From NCBI GenBank assembly GCA_964368255.1, contig CAYJBW010000008.1:1-24000 (forward strand): DNA of 24,000 nt. The letters run 5' to 3'. The translations under genes were made by a program, and so were the position numbers. Under the pieces are notes generated by a model. The model searched no databases. It saw only the letters and a list, made by a program, of their open reading frames with translations, and was not told where the DNA came from. This document shows, piece by piece, positions 7,001 through 15,779 of the stretch. This DNA is from an uncultured Christensenella sp. GTDB lineage: Bacteria > Bacillota > Clostridia > Christensenellales > DTU072. Each line of letters opens with the position of its first letter. Position 1 is the first letter of the stretch.

Positions 7001-8899
7001 TTAATTAAGCTCCAATCCGTTATATAGCTCAAAGTACTTTCCTTTTTGATCAAGCAACTCATCATGACTGCCCCGTTCTATTATTTTGCCATGTTCTAGC
7101 ACCATAATGGCATCGGAGTTTTGCACTGTGCTAAGTCTGTGAGCAATTACAAACACCGTTCTACCCTCCATAAGTTTGTCCATACCCTGTTCTATCAGCT
7201 TCTCGGTACGCGTGTCAACACTTGAAGTTGCTTCGTCAAGAATAAGCACAGGCGGGTCTGCCACCGCTGCCCTTGCAATGGATAGTAGTTGCCGTTGTCC
7301 TTGGCTAAGGTTGGCTCCGTTACCAGTAAGCACCGTTTGGTATCCTTCAGGTAGCCTGGTAATAAATGAATGAGCATTAGCTAGTTTGCTTGCTTCTATG
7401 CAGTCTTCGTCACTAGCGTCAAGTTTGCCATAGCGGATATTGTCCATAACCGTGCCGGTAAATAGGTTGGTATCTTGTAGTACCATTCCCAGTGAGCGGC
7501 GCAAATCGGCTTTCTTGATTTTGTTTATATTTATGTGGTCATAGCGTATTTTGCCGTCTGGCACATCATAAAAGCGGTTAATAAGATTGGTTATTGTGGT
7601 CTTGCCAGCACCTGTAGAACCTACGAAAGCCACCTTTTGCCCTGGCTTGGCATAAAGTGAAATGCCACAAAGTACAGTACTTTCCCCATCGTAGCTAAAA
7701 AGCACATTGTCAAAACGCACATCGCCTTCCACTAGCTTATAAGTAACTGTGTTATCTGCCTTGTGGGGGTGTCTCCACGCCCAAATCCCAGTACGACTTT
7801 CGCTCTCTGTTATGTTGCCATTTTCGTCCACTATTGCGTTGACTAAGGTGACATAACCATTATCTTCTTCTTCCTTTTCGTCCATAATGTTAAATATTCT
7901 TTCGGTACCTGCCAGGGCTACTAGAACGCTATTAAAGTGCTGACTAGTTTGTCCAATAGGCTGGGCAATACTTCTTGTGAACTGCAAAAATGCAATAAGC
8001 GTACCAATAGAAATACTTATACTAAGTGTGCTATTGATTGCTAGTACAGAACCCACAATTGCTACAAGCACATACAGAACATAGCTAAGGTTGCCCATTA
8101 TAGGCATCAAAATATTTGCGTAAGTGTTGGCGGTAATTGCATTGTGACAGAGCTTGTCATTTATGACGGTAAATTCTTCTTTTACCTTTTCTTCGTGGCT
8201 AAATACCTTAACCACCTTTTGCCCTTCAATAAGTTCTTCCACATATCCGCTAACATCGCCTAAAGACTTTTGCATTTTTACAAAGTATTTACTGCTCTGT
8301 TTGCCTATTTTGCCCACGAAGGTAATCATGACAAATAATAATACAAAGACAATTAGCGTAAGTATAGGGCTAAGAATAAGCATTGCCGTTACCACTCCCA
8401 CAACAGTTATTGTGGCAGATACTATGCTAGGAATGGCATGACTTATCATTTCTCTCATAGTGTCGGTATCGTTGGTGAACCTACTCATTAGTTCGCCATG
8501 AGTGTGCTTATCATAGAACTTAATGGGGAGCTTTTGTAAATGCACAAATAAGTCATCTCTTACCTTTTGCATAGTTAGCGCCGTGACATTAAGCATTATT
8601 CTTTCATAAGCGAAGGCAGATAATGCGCCCAAAAGACATATTCCGCCCATTAAAGCAAGAGCCTTAATAAAGGGTAACATATCGGGGCTGTTCTTTCCAA
8701 TCAAAGGCACAATATATGTGTCTATTGCGCTACGGATAAATAGTGTTAGCGCAATGCTGGATAATGAGCTTATCAATATACAAAACAATACTATCAGTAG
8801 TTGCCATTTGTAGGGCTTTAGCAAACTAACTAGTCTTTTTAGCGTTGCTTTGGTGTTCTGTGGTTTCATACCACCTTTTTTCATGCGAGGTTTTTTCAT
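7001..8899 (-). CDS. ABC exporter permease/ATPase fusion, consensus-NBD half of a heterodimer (BmrD/YheH-like)
   Basis: The 632-aa ORF has a 6-TM type I exporter domain followed by an NBD. The NBD has Walker A GSTGAGKTT, Walker B LILDE with the catalytic Glu, and the switch motif IAHRLST. Its signature motif is atypical, LSQGQ. A roughly 40-aa insertion sits between the TMD and NBD, as in the long YheH-type partners. The ATG overlaps the upstream stop (TAATG), and an AAGGAGGTG Shine-Dalgarno lies within the upstream gene. Confidence 0.9.
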   Translation of the reverse strand: MKKPRMKKGGMKPQNTKATLKRLVSLLKPYKWQLLIVLFCILISSLSSIALTLFIRSAIDTYIVPLIGKNSPDMLPFIKALALMGGICLLGALSAFAYERIMLNVTALTMQKVRDDLFVHLQKLPIKFYDKHTHGELMSRFTNDTDTMREMISHAIPSIVSATITVVGVVTAMLILSPILTLIVFVLLFVMITFVGKIGKQSSKYFVKMQKSLGDVSGYVEELIEGQKVVKVFSHEEKVKEEFTVINDKLCHNAITANTYANILMPIMGNLSYVLYVLVAIVGSVLAINSTLSISISIGTLIAFLQFTRSIAQPIGQTSQHFNSVLVALAGTERIFNIMDEKEEEDNGYVTLVNAIVDENGNITESESRTGIWAWRHPHKADNTVTYKLVEGDVRFDNVLFSYDGESTVLCGISLYAKPGQKVAFVGSTGAGKTTITNLINRFYDVPDGKIRYDHININKIKKADLRRSLGMVLQDTNLFTGTVMDNIRYGKLDASDEDCIEASKLANAHSFITRLPEGYQTVLTGNGANLSQGQRQLLSIARAAVADPPVLILDEATSSVDTRTEKLIEQGMDKLMEGRTVFVIAHRLSTVQNSDAIMVLEHGKIIERGSHDELLDQKGKYFELYNGLELN

Positions 8900-10629
8900 T
8901 ATTTCACCTCCTTATTCGTTTGTGAAAAATACACTTCACGGTAAATTTCACAATCTTTCATAAGCTGATTATGTGTGCCTATTGCGTTAATTGCACCGTC
9001 TTCAAGAACTATGATTTTGTCGGCATCCATAACGGACGCTACACGCTGAGCAATAATTATCGTTGTCATATTCTGCAAATTTTGTTTTAGTTTTGTCCTT
9101 ATCCTTTTATCGGTAGTGGTATCTACCGCGCTGGTACTATCGTCAAGTATCATTATTTGTGGATTTTTTAACAAAGCTCTAGCTATGCACAGCCGTTGTT
9201 TTTGCCCGCCGCTAACATTTACACCGCCTTGACCAAGGTCGGTATTAAGTCCGTCAGGAAAGCTCATAACAAAGTCATAAGCGTCCGCTATTTTGCAAGC
9301 ATTTAGTATCTGCTCATCGGTAGCGTTGGTGTCACCCCAAAGCAAATTCTCTTTTATCGTACCACTAAAAAGCACATTTTTTTGTAGTACCATTGCCACA
9401 CTGCCACGCAAAGTATCTAGTTTATAGTTTTTGACATCTTCGCCACCAACACTTACTTTGCCCGTTGTTGCATCATAAAGTCTGGGGATAAGTTGCACAA
9501 GGGAAGTTTTGGAAGAACCAGTTCCCCCGATTATGCCCACTGTTTCTCCACTTTTTATAGCAAAGTTTATGTCCCTAAGTACATGCTTTTGAGCTTCAAG
9601 CGAATAACTAAAACTGACATTTTCGAATACTATATCGCCGTTTGCTACGGTGTCCATTCCGTTTGAATTGTCCTTAATATCAATCTCTTCGTCCAGTACT
9701 TCCACCACACGAGTAGCTGATGCCCTTGACATTATTACCATAACAAAGATAAATGCAAGCATCATTAGAGACATAAAGATTTGCATAACATAGGCAAGGA
9801 AGCTAGCAAGCTGTCCTTTGGTCATACTGCCATTTATGATAAAATTGCCACCGAACCAAAACATCATTATCATAGATGTATAAATCATCATCATCATAAT
9901 AGGCATAGCGACGACAACAACTTTTTCCGCTTTTATATGCCACTTCTTTAGTTCCACACTGGCGGTACGGAACTTTTCACTTTCGTGGTCTTCTCTCACA
10001 AATGTTTTTACCACCCTAATTGCCGCTAAGTCTTCTTGCACATTGGCATTCATAAGATCATACTTTTTTAGTAACTTAATAAATCTCGGGTAGGCTAGAC
10101 CGCCTATTATTGCTACCCCAATAAATACTACAGGTATGGCAATAAGGAAAATAAGAGCCAGTTTGTAGTTGATTTTCATAGCAAACGAAGTGGCGCTAAT
10201 AAGCATAAGCGGAGAGCGCACAAGCAAGCGTAGTAACATCATATAAGCCGTTTGTATGTTGGTTACATCGGTCGTCAACCTAGTAATTAAAGACGGTGTG
10301 GAGAACTTATCTATGTTGGCAAAGGAAAAATCCTGTACCTTGCTAAACAAGCCATAGCGCAAGTTTTTGGCAAACCCCATACTCGCTACCGCGCAAGTTC
10401 GCCCCGCAAAACCGCCAAGCATTAGACTAATAAAGGCAAGAGTTAGCATTAACGCGCCTAGCTTAATTACATATAGCGTGCCACCGCTTCCTTCTATGCC
10501 CACATCAATTATTTTGGATATTATAAAAGGCAGGGTAACTTCAATAGCTACCTCAAACACAATTAGTATGGGGGTAATTATCGTATAAAAGCTATACCCC
10601 TTTGTAAATTTAGAAAGTTTTTTTAACAT
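8899..10629 (-). CDS. ABC exporter permease/ATPase fusion, degenerate-NBD half of a heterodimer (BmrC/YheI-like)
   Basis: The 576-aa ORF has a 6-TM exporter domain followed by an NBD. Walker A is GGTGSSKT. Walker B is MILDD, with Asp replacing the catalytic Glu. The switch His is replaced by Gln (IIAQRVAS). The signature motif VSGGQ is canonical. Confidence 0.9.
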   Translation of the reverse strand: MLKKLSKFTKGYSFYTIITPILIVFEVAIEVTLPFIISKIIDVGIEGSGGTLYVIKLGALMLTLAFISLMLGGFAGRTCAVASMGFAKNLRYGLFSKVQDFSFANIDKFSTPSLITRLTTDVTNIQTAYMMLLRLLVRSPLMLISATSFAMKINYKLALIFLIAIPVVFIGVAIIGGLAYPRFIKLLKKYDLMNANVQEDLAAIRVVKTFVREDHESEKFRTASVELKKWHIKAEKVVVVAMPIMMMMIYTSMIMMFWFGGNFIINGSMTKGQLASFLAYVMQIFMSLMMLAFIFVMVIMSRASATRVVEVLDEEIDIKDNSNGMDTVANGDIVFENVSFSYSLEAQKHVLRDINFAIKSGETVGIIGGTGSSKTSLVQLIPRLYDATTGKVSVGGEDVKNYKLDTLRGSVAMVLQKNVLFSGTIKENLLWGDTNATDEQILNACKIADAYDFVMSFPDGLNTDLGQGGVNVSGGQKQRLCIARALLKNPQIMILDDSTSAVDTTTDKRIRTKLKQNLQNMTTIIIAQRVASVMDADKIIVLEDGAINAIGTHNQLMKDCEIYREVYFSQTNKEVK

Positions 10630-10721
10630 ATTCCCTCAATTAAATACTGTAAATACTGCTTAGCATTTATCATCTTACTAAAGTCTTAAAAAGTCAAATG
10701 TTTTGTAAAAAAATATTGATG

Positions 10722-11753
10722 CTAATCTCTGACCGTTTTTGTTAGCGGAGAAAGCTCCACTGTAAAACTGCTGTCATCCTTTATTCTAATCACCGTACCG
10801 CCACGCTGAGTGTACCTTTTGGCAATCTTCCTATAAGCAAGGAAGTCCACGCTCATGCCATATGTTAGGCGGATACCCTTATAAGTTATGGACAAGGTGC
10901 TTAAGTGGTCATGTCCAAAGAACATACCTTTGCAGGAGCCGAATTTGACCATTTCTTCAAAAAATTTGCCTTCTTTCTTGCGTGAATAACCTACATAATC
11001 ATTTAGCTCGGCAATGTTACCTAGGTGGTACACTGCTTCGTTATCTTGACCTAGTTTTACTTTTTCCCAGCCGTCACGCATTTCCTTTGGTGGCATATGA
11101 AAAAATGCCAAACTAGGCGCTAAGCTATCCCCGCTCATTTTTGTTATTTCATCCTTGTACCACTTTATTTGGTCGTCATGGATGTTGTCAAAGCCAGTAA
11201 AAAAGTGACTGCCAAGATACATATTTGAGTCCAACATTACAAAAGCATTGTTTATCCTGCCGTCATTATTGTTGAGCTTTATTATATGGTTGCCCACCCC
11301 GTATATATCCTTTTCACTTTGAAATAGACAATGCTTAAAAGTGGTATAATACTCGCCAAGTTCTTCTCTCGTACACTTAGAGAATGGCTCTCTCTCGTGA
11401 TTGCCAAAAGTTGTTGTCCAAGGAATGCCGAAGCTGTCAAATAGCTCCCCCACATACTTTGTCTGCCTAAGGTTGTTGCTTGTCCCAGAAAAAAGCGCAA
11501 TGGGGTAGATGTTGTCGCCAGTAAGTATAATCAAATCAGGCTTAACCCTGTTAACTAATGTTACCACCGCATTATGAGCTAGCTTGTCCTTTTTTATGGA
11601 TAAAAAACCCCTGCCAAAATGCAAATCAGTAAGTTGTAGTATTACAAAATCTTTATCTTTCTCTTTGGTAAAAACACTGTATCCGTCTATAAACTGTGGC
11701 TTTATACCGCTATTTTGCACCTTACTCGCTGCTAATTTTATTACTTTTGCCAC
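10722..11753 (-). CDS. Calcineurin-like metallophosphoesterase, substrate unknown
   Basis: The 343-aa ORF has the ordered metallophosphoesterase motifs LTDLHFG, LTGDNIY, GNHE, FFHMP and GHDH. The start is GTG 11753, with an AAGGAG Shine-Dalgarno about 11 nt upstream. Confidence 0.8.
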   Translation of the reverse strand: MAKVIKLAASKVQNSGIKPQFIDGYSVFTKEKDKDFVILQLTDLHFGRGFLSIKKDKLAHNAVVTLVNRVKPDLIILTGDNIYPIALFSGTSNNLRQTKYVGELFDSFGIPWTTTFGNHEREPFSKCTREELGEYYTTFKHCLFQSEKDIYGVGNHIIKLNNNDGRINNAFVMLDSNMYLGSHFFTGFDNIHDDQIKWYKDEITKMSGDSLAPSLAFFHMPPKEMRDGWEKVKLGQDNEAVYHLGNIAELNDYVGYSRKKEGKFFEEMVKFGSCKGMFFGHDHLSTLSITYKGIRLTYGMSVDFLAYRKIAKRYTQRGGTVIRIKDDSSFTVELSPLTKTVRD

Positions 11754-11788
11754 TTTTATAGTATCTCCTTTGCTGATAACTTTCTCTT

Positions 11789-12448
11789 TTATATCCTTTG
11801 CACGCTTATTTTATCAAGATTATAAATAACTTTCAAATGCTCCACAAGTTCCTTTGCGTTAGCGTCACTATCCCAAAAGCGCATTTTCACATTATCATAT
11901 TGTTGTTTACCCTTTCTTTTTATGGCAAAATAATTCTTGCGCTCATTGTTTGTGTGTTCCAATAGCTTTTTGGTTTTACTATAAATAACCAATTCGCTCT
12001 CTCTTTCTTGCCTGAACTCATTAACTTGTTTTATACCGCTGTCAAAGCAAGCGGAAGGAATAACGGCTAACTTTTGGTACTTTGCAAAGAACTTAATAGG
12101 ATTAAAATATCCCCTATTTATATGGTAGCTACTTGACACAAGTATAACATTTTCTCTCTTAATTGTCCTAAGAATTTCCGCGCAAAACTTGGTGTTTTCA
12201 AAGGTGTTTTTGGATTTGTCTTCTACAATTACTAATTCTTCGCCCACTCCTTTGCCCAAAAAGAAGTTTTTCATTGCTTCCCCTTCGGAAAGTGGCGCAT
12301 TGGTATTTGCCTTGCCACCAGTTAGTAGCAGTATGCTGTTATTTTTTAGAAAAATGCTATAAGCGTGAAAACACCTTTCTCTATTGACTAGAGAAAGGCT
12401 GCCGTCATCTAACAAATAATTACCTAAAACAATGATTATGTCGGACAT
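11789..12448 (-). CDS. DUF218 (YdcF/ElyC/SanA-like) domain protein with a roughly 70-aa C-terminal extension
   Basis: The DUF218 pattern is IIIVLGN...LLLTGGKAN..SEGEAMKNFF...VEDKSKNTFENTKF...VILVSSSYHINRG. The C-terminal roughly 70 residues are charged and I do not recognise them. Confidence 0.75.
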   Translation of the reverse strand: MSDIIIVLGNYLLDDGSLSLVNRERCFHAYSIFLKNNSILLLTGGKANTNAPLSEGEAMKNFFLGKGVGEELVIVEDKSKNTFENTKFCAEILRTIKRENVILVSSSYHINRGYFNPIKFFAKYQKLAVIPSACFDSGIKQVNEFRQERESELVIYSKTKKLLEHTNNERKNYFAIKRKGKQQYDNVKMRFWDSDANAKELVEHLKVIYNLDKISVQRI

Positions 12449-12457
12449 TTTTTTGCT

Positions 12458-13498
12458 TTACCACTTGTTATGCACTTTTTCGGCAAAGCCCATTCTATTT
12501 ACAACTTCTATAACTGTGCCGTCATCAAGTACAGCGGTACCGTTAAACAAACCAAATACTTGGTGGGGTATCATAGCGAACACTCCAATATTAACGGGCG
12601 CATAGCGGTCAAGTACGGGGGTGAAGTCCATAGTAAACCTATCGTCATTGCTCGTAAATGTCCAAGGACTCATAAAGTCATCTTCGCCGTTCTTTTGTGG
12701 AATGTTAAATGTTACTTCGTCTAATTTGTGACTTTTGCCGTTATAAAATAGCATATTTTCGGTGGCTTTCTCGTTATCGCCAAAGCCATAACCAATGTTC
12801 CAACCGAACTTTGTACCGTCATCAAGGTATGTTTGCAAACTTCCCCAATACCAAGTATTGTCATAAGTCCAAACGCCCCTGCCCCAATCTAGCGTTGCCA
12901 TTGATTTGTTCTTTTTGTTAAAATATGATGTCTTTTTGCCCAAAGTAAAACTGCCTTCTGCGCTCATACAGTTTATTTTTTGGTTGTAATAGAATCTGCC
13001 CTTTTTGGCAAAAGGTGTGGCAATAACCATACTTTCTCTGGGAAACTCTCTGATTTCTATATCGAAAGAAAGGTCTTCTCCGTTGTTGCCGAACTTTGCA
13101 TACTTGCCAAAAAGTCTCCGCAACTTGCCGTCATTGGTAAATGTCATATTAACTCCGCCTATTGTCCATCTACAATCCCCAATAACCGAAGTTGCTGGCA
13201 TATTAAATTTGCCTAGCGGAAACAAACATACCGCGCTTTTGTTAATCTGGGAGGGCTCCTTGAAGTTTAGTACACTAGCACTGAGTGCGCCGATATACCC
13301 AAGGTCTGCTATGGTCAAACATAACGCTTCTTCGTCATTGCCTATATAATAATAGTCCCACTCCTTTATTAACGCCTTGCGCGCGGTAATGTGATTTCTA
13401 TTATATTCCCAAACCAATCTTCTTGCAAAGCCAGGTTGTTCTATATTGCCATCTGTGTTCAACAATTTTTGTCGTTTTGTAATTTCGAATTGTTGCAT
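12458..13498 (-). CDS. Conserved hypothetical protein, probably DUF2804 family
   Basis: This is a 346-aa soluble, beta-rich, Trp/Gly-rich ORF (KEWDYYYI, DWGRGVWTYDNTWYWGS, GFAEKVHNKW). A good GGGGTG Shine-Dalgarno lies 7 nt before ATG 13498. The coding call is firm. The family assignment is from memory only. Confidence 0.6.
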   Translation of the reverse strand: MQQFEITKRQKLLNTDGNIEQPGFARRLVWEYNRNHITARKALIKEWDYYYIGNDEEALCLTIADLGYIGALSASVLNFKEPSQINKSAVCLFPLGKFNMPATSVIGDCRWTIGGVNMTFTNDGKLRRLFGKYAKFGNNGEDLSFDIEIREFPRESMVIATPFAKKGRFYYNQKINCMSAEGSFTLGKKTSYFNKKNKSMATLDWGRGVWTYDNTWYWGSLQTYLDDGTKFGWNIGYGFGDNEKATENMLFYNGKSHKLDEVTFNIPQKNGEDDFMSPWTFTSNDDRFTMDFTPVLDRYAPVNIGVFAMIPHQVFGLFNGTAVLDDGTVIEVVNRMGFAEKVHNKW

Positions 13499-13552
13499 CT
13501 TTACTCACCCCTTTATAGTAGTCGTGTCATATATTGAATTATATATTATATT

Positions 13553-13582
13553 ATTATATACATAAAATCTATGTCGTGTCAA
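13553..13582 (-). promoter_or_regulatory. Sigma-A-type promoter for the DUF2804-DUF218-phosphoesterase operon
   Basis: On the minus strand: TTGACA (13582..13577), an 18-nt spacer, then TATAAT (13558..13553). Confidence 0.5.
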
Positions 13583-13622
13583 TAGCCTTATTACTCTTTT
13601 TAACATTACTGTGCTGCTTTTC

Positions 13623-13651
13623 TTGACAAATTATTGGGTAAATAGTATATT
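13623..13651 (+). promoter_or_regulatory. Sigma-A-type promoter for the symporter gene
   Basis: TTGACA (13623..13628), a 17-nt spacer, then TATATT (13646..13651). An AGGAG Shine-Dalgarno at 13672..13676 precedes ATG 13682. Confidence 0.55.
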
Positions 13652-13681
13652 TATTAGTAATTATCTTTTTTAGGAGCAGCA

Positions 13682-15250
13682 ATGTTTAACAACTTCATAT
13701 CCGCATCTAGTATTTCGCAATATATCATCTTTTTTGCATACTTAGTGATGCTAGTTATTGTGGCAATTCTTTGCGCCAAAAAAAGCAAAGGCATCAATGA
13801 ATTTATGTTCGCCAACAAAGGTGTAGGTGGTTGGCTGTCAGCTTTTGCTTATGGCGCAACTTACTTTTCGGCGGTAATCTTTATCGGATACGCAGGCAAA
13901 TTCGGATGGAGTTTTGGTCTTGCCGCTGTTTGGATTGGGATAGGTAACACAATTTTTGGCACATATCTTGCTTGGAAGGTACTTGCAAAGAGAACCAAAC
14001 TTATGACTTCAACTCTGCAAGCTAGAACAATGCCAGAGTTTTTTGAAAAGCGTTATCAAAGCAAACACATTAAACTCGTTAGTTCCTTGCTAATATTTGT
14101 ATTTTTATTGCCCTACTCATCATCTGTTTATCAGGGACTAGGCTTTATCTTTTCTACCGTACTAGGTTTTGACCCCATTTATTGCATAATAATTCTTGCC
14201 GCAGTTACCGCATTCTACTTGTTCCTAGGCGGATATATGGCAACTACCATTACGGACTTTATTCAGGGTATAGTTATGCTTGCAGGCATTGTTGTTTGCG
14301 TATTGGTGCTACTTAACAATGAGGCTGTCAACTGGGGAGAAGGACTGGGCAAACTTATGAACAACGATCTTGGCTTGTTGCCTGCGGCTGCCGCGCCGGG
14401 CAAATCATTCCTAGATAGTCCACTATTTAACTTAATAATTCTAGTACTGCTTACTTCTTTTGGTATTTGGGGCTTGCCACAATCTATTCACAAGTTCTAT
14501 GCCATCAAGGATAATACCGCAGTAAAAAAAGGCACAATAATAAGCACTATTTTTTCCCTTATCGTAGGCGGTGGGGCGTACTTTATGGGCAGTTTGGTTA
14601 CCCTGTTCGTTAGTAAAGATACATTTGTTAACGACCTTGGTAAGAACTTCGACCGCATAGTTCCAGAAATGCTAGTTAACAACCTAAGCCCAGCTTTGCT
14701 CGGTCTTATAATTGTATTGCTTTTCTCTGCAAGTATGTCAACACTTGCTTCCCTTTCTCTCTCTTCAGCATCCACCGTATCTATTGACTTTTACAAAGGT
14801 TATCTTCGTCCGCGCGCAGGAGAAACTAGTACAACGGTACTTATGCGTGTACTTTGCTTAGTGTTTGTTGCTATTTCGGCACTGCTTGCCATTGCACAAA
14901 TTGATGCAATTGTTACTATGATGAGTCTAAGTTGGGGACTTCTTGCTGGTTGCTTTATCGGGCCATATGTACTAGGTTTATACAGCAAAAAAATCAACAA
15001 AATAGGCGCATATGCAAGCATTATTTCCACCCTAATTATTACCGTCACGCTAGTATTAGTATTTGGAGCTATCGGCACACCAAATGGCACCACCTTTGTC
15101 GGCATCCTAAAAGCAGGCATCGGACGCAGTCCGCTAATTGGTGTTATTTCTATGGCAATGTCCTTTGTCGTAACTCCAGTCTTTAGCAAAATATTCGAGA
15201 AAAAATACGCTGTTAAACCAGAATTATTATCTACTTTGTTTGTAAAGTAA
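13682..15250 (+). CDS. Sodium:solute symporter (SSS) family transporter, substrate unknown
   Basis: This is a 522-aa polytopic membrane protein with about 13 hydrophobic segments. Its layout and motifs are typical of SSS (PutP/PanF-like) carriers. Confidence 0.8.
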   Translation: MFNNFISASSISQYIIFFAYLVMLVIVAILCAKKSKGINEFMFANKGVGGWLSAFAYGATYFSAVIFIGYAGKFGWSFGLAAVWIGIGNTIFGTYLAWKVLAKRTKLMTSTLQARTMPEFFEKRYQSKHIKLVSSLLIFVFLLPYSSSVYQGLGFIFSTVLGFDPIYCIIILAAVTAFYLFLGGYMATTITDFIQGIVMLAGIVVCVLVLLNNEAVNWGEGLGKLMNNDLGLLPAAAAPGKSFLDSPLFNLIILVLLTSFGIWGLPQSIHKFYAIKDNTAVKKGTIISTIFSLIVGGGAYFMGSLVTLFVSKDTFVNDLGKNFDRIVPEMLVNNLSPALLGLIIVLLFSASMSTLASLSLSSASTVSIDFYKGYLRPRAGETSTTVLMRVLCLVFVAISALLAIAQIDAIVTMMSLSWGLLAGCFIGPYVLGLYSKKINKIGAYASIISTLIITVTLVLVFGAIGTPNGTTFVGILKAGIGRSPLIGVISMAMSFVVTPVFSKIFEKKYAVKPELLSTLFVK

Positions 15251-15278
15251 TAGCACTATTACATAACTTACAACGACA

Positions 15279-15308
15279 AAAGAGCTACGAAAAATTTCGT
15301 AGCTCTTT
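15279..15308. terminator. Bidirectional intrinsic terminator between the symporter (+) and the ACT/paaK/ior operon (-)
   Basis: AAAGAGCTACGA (15279..15290) pairs with TCGTAGCTCTTT (15297..15308) around the loop AAAATT. T-rich sequence follows on both strands. Confidence 0.7.
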
Positions 15309-15327
15309 ATTATTTGTAAACATTTAT

Positions 15328-15750
15328 TTATAATATCTTCTCGCTAAGTAATTTTATACCCTTCTCTTCAAACAATTTTATGGCTTTATCCGTATCTTCT
15401 ACTCTTAGTAGTATCTTTGCGGTATTGTAGTTGGTTAGTACAAAAGAATAAAGATATTCTATGTTGATATTTTCTTTTTCTAGCAGTCCAATTACATTAG
15501 CCAGCGCGTTAGGAACATCTTCTACTTCCACACCAATTAGGGAAGTTTGTTCCACAGCAAAGCCTGCTTCTTTGAGAATTCTATAAGCTAGTTCATTATC
15601 TCTTGCAATAAAACGCACAATGCCATAGTCTTTGGTGTCGGCAATGGATAGTGTAACAAAATCTAGTCCCTTTTTTCCCAAGGTGTTGGTAAGATTAAAA
15701 AGCCTACCGGGTTTATTTTCCATAAATACTGACAGTTGTTTTACTAGCAT
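15328..15750 (-). CDS. Tandem ACT-domain (small-molecule-binding regulatory) protein
   Basis: The 140-aa ORF has two roughly 70-aa beta-alpha-beta-beta-alpha-beta repeats. The first begins QLSVFMENKPGRL, and the second begins LIGVEVEDVPNALANV. This protein is typically found downstream of paaK in iorAB clusters of anaerobes. Confidence 0.8.
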   Translation of the reverse strand: MLVKQLSVFMENKPGRLFNLTNTLGKKGLDFVTLSIADTKDYGIVRFIARDNELAYRILKEAGFAVEQTSLIGVEVEDVPNALANVIGLLEKENINIEYLYSFVLTNYNTAKILLRVEDTDKAIKLFEEKGIKLLSEKIL

Positions 15751-15779
15751 ATATTACCTCCTAAGTTACTTTAATATTA

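Noticed and set aside
10674-10721. A candidate sigma-A promoter for the ABC pair (TTGACT-17-GATGAT).
   Set aside because: The -35 hexamer is good, but the -10 hexamer matches TATAAT at only 4 of 6 positions, and alternative registers are no better. I left it out of the feature list. It is mentioned only as a caveat for the upstream ORF finding.
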